DNA from: Hyaloraphidium curvatum SAG 235-1
Lineage: Eukaryota > Fungi > Monoblepharomycota
Assembly: GCA_025558095.1 (NCBI GenBank)
Contig: JAIVFI010000040.1
Span: forward strand, 124,001 to 188,000
Reading direction: 5' to 3'
DNA: 64,000 bases
Within the stretch, counting starts at the first letter, position 1. Every line of letters starts with the position of its first letter. The position numbers and the translations under genes are program-made. The notes beneath the pieces were generated by a model. The model ran no database searches and had not been told where the DNA came from. It saw only the letters and a program-made list of their open reading frames with translations. Positions 63,650 through 64,000 of the stretch are shown in pieces.

Positions 63650-64000
63650 ATGTCGGCCCCCGCCGTGAGTTTGCGCCGCAGGCGATTTGCATCGGCCGGC
63701 GGTCGAGGGCAAGCTCACGCTCTGGTGTCCCGCACCCCGTCGCCGCCCCGCGACCCTGTCGGCCACTCGGCGCCGCCCCCCACGGCCTCTCTTTTCGCCG
63801 CCCCGTGCGGATCTCGCACATTCTACGATCCGCATCGCAGGCCAAAGTCGAAGCCGTCGTGCAGGAGACCAGCGCCCACACGGTTCGTTGGCCGGGCGAA
63901 GAACCCTGTACCGCGGTCTGATTGGAGCATCCTCGCGATCTTTTCCGCACCCTGCGGGGATGATGTCCCAGGAGGAGCTCAAGAAGAAGAACGCGGACGC
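63650..64000 (+). CDS. 5' end of an unidentified multi-exon gene
   Basis: ATG TCG GCC CCC GCC is followed by a GTGAGT donor. A coding-like MMSQEELKKKNAD runs off the end of the window. Confidence 0.35.
   Translation, partial: MSAPAVSLRRRRFASAGGRGQAHALVSRTPSPPRDPVGHSAPPPTASLFAAPCGSRTFYDPHRRPKSKPSCRRPAPTRFVGRAKNPVPRSDWSILAIFSAPCGDDVPGGAQEEERGR

Overview
This is gene-dense, GC-rich eukaryotic DNA with many short (~50-60 nt) spliceosomal introns. It most likely comes from an early-diverging (zoosporic-type) fungus; this is an inference from fungal-type housekeeping genes occurring alongside animal-like MIA40 and TONSL-like genes. About 24 host genes are present: a GSDH-NPCBM protein, NDUFA5, a Ptc6-like PP2C, SYF1, a TONSL-like protein, SPC25, PUS3, SRP54, Timeless/TOF1, a Tim17-like protein, CSN3, SEC62, NPT1, MIA40, calcineurin B, UPF2, a C2H2 factor, GPI13, an NDUFAF7-like methyltransferase, a HARE-HTH+SET protein, SCC3, GSH2, a membrane DnaJ, VTI1, SDH5 and thioredoxin. 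They are packed with very short spacers, and two convergent pairs appear to overlap. An 11.5-kb nested retroelement island lies between SRP54 and Timeless (~16000-27481). In it, an old LINE carries a full-length chromodomain Ty3/Gypsy element and a truncated Ty1/Copia element, and a second LINE copy sits inside the Copia RNase H. The best novelty candidates are the HARE-HTH-SET fusion, a minimal TPR+UBL Tonsoku-like protein, a Tf1-style self-priming signature in the Gypsy element, and an intron-containing, actinobacterial-like GSDH-NPCBM gene. All exon boundaries and family calls were read by eye and are unverified.
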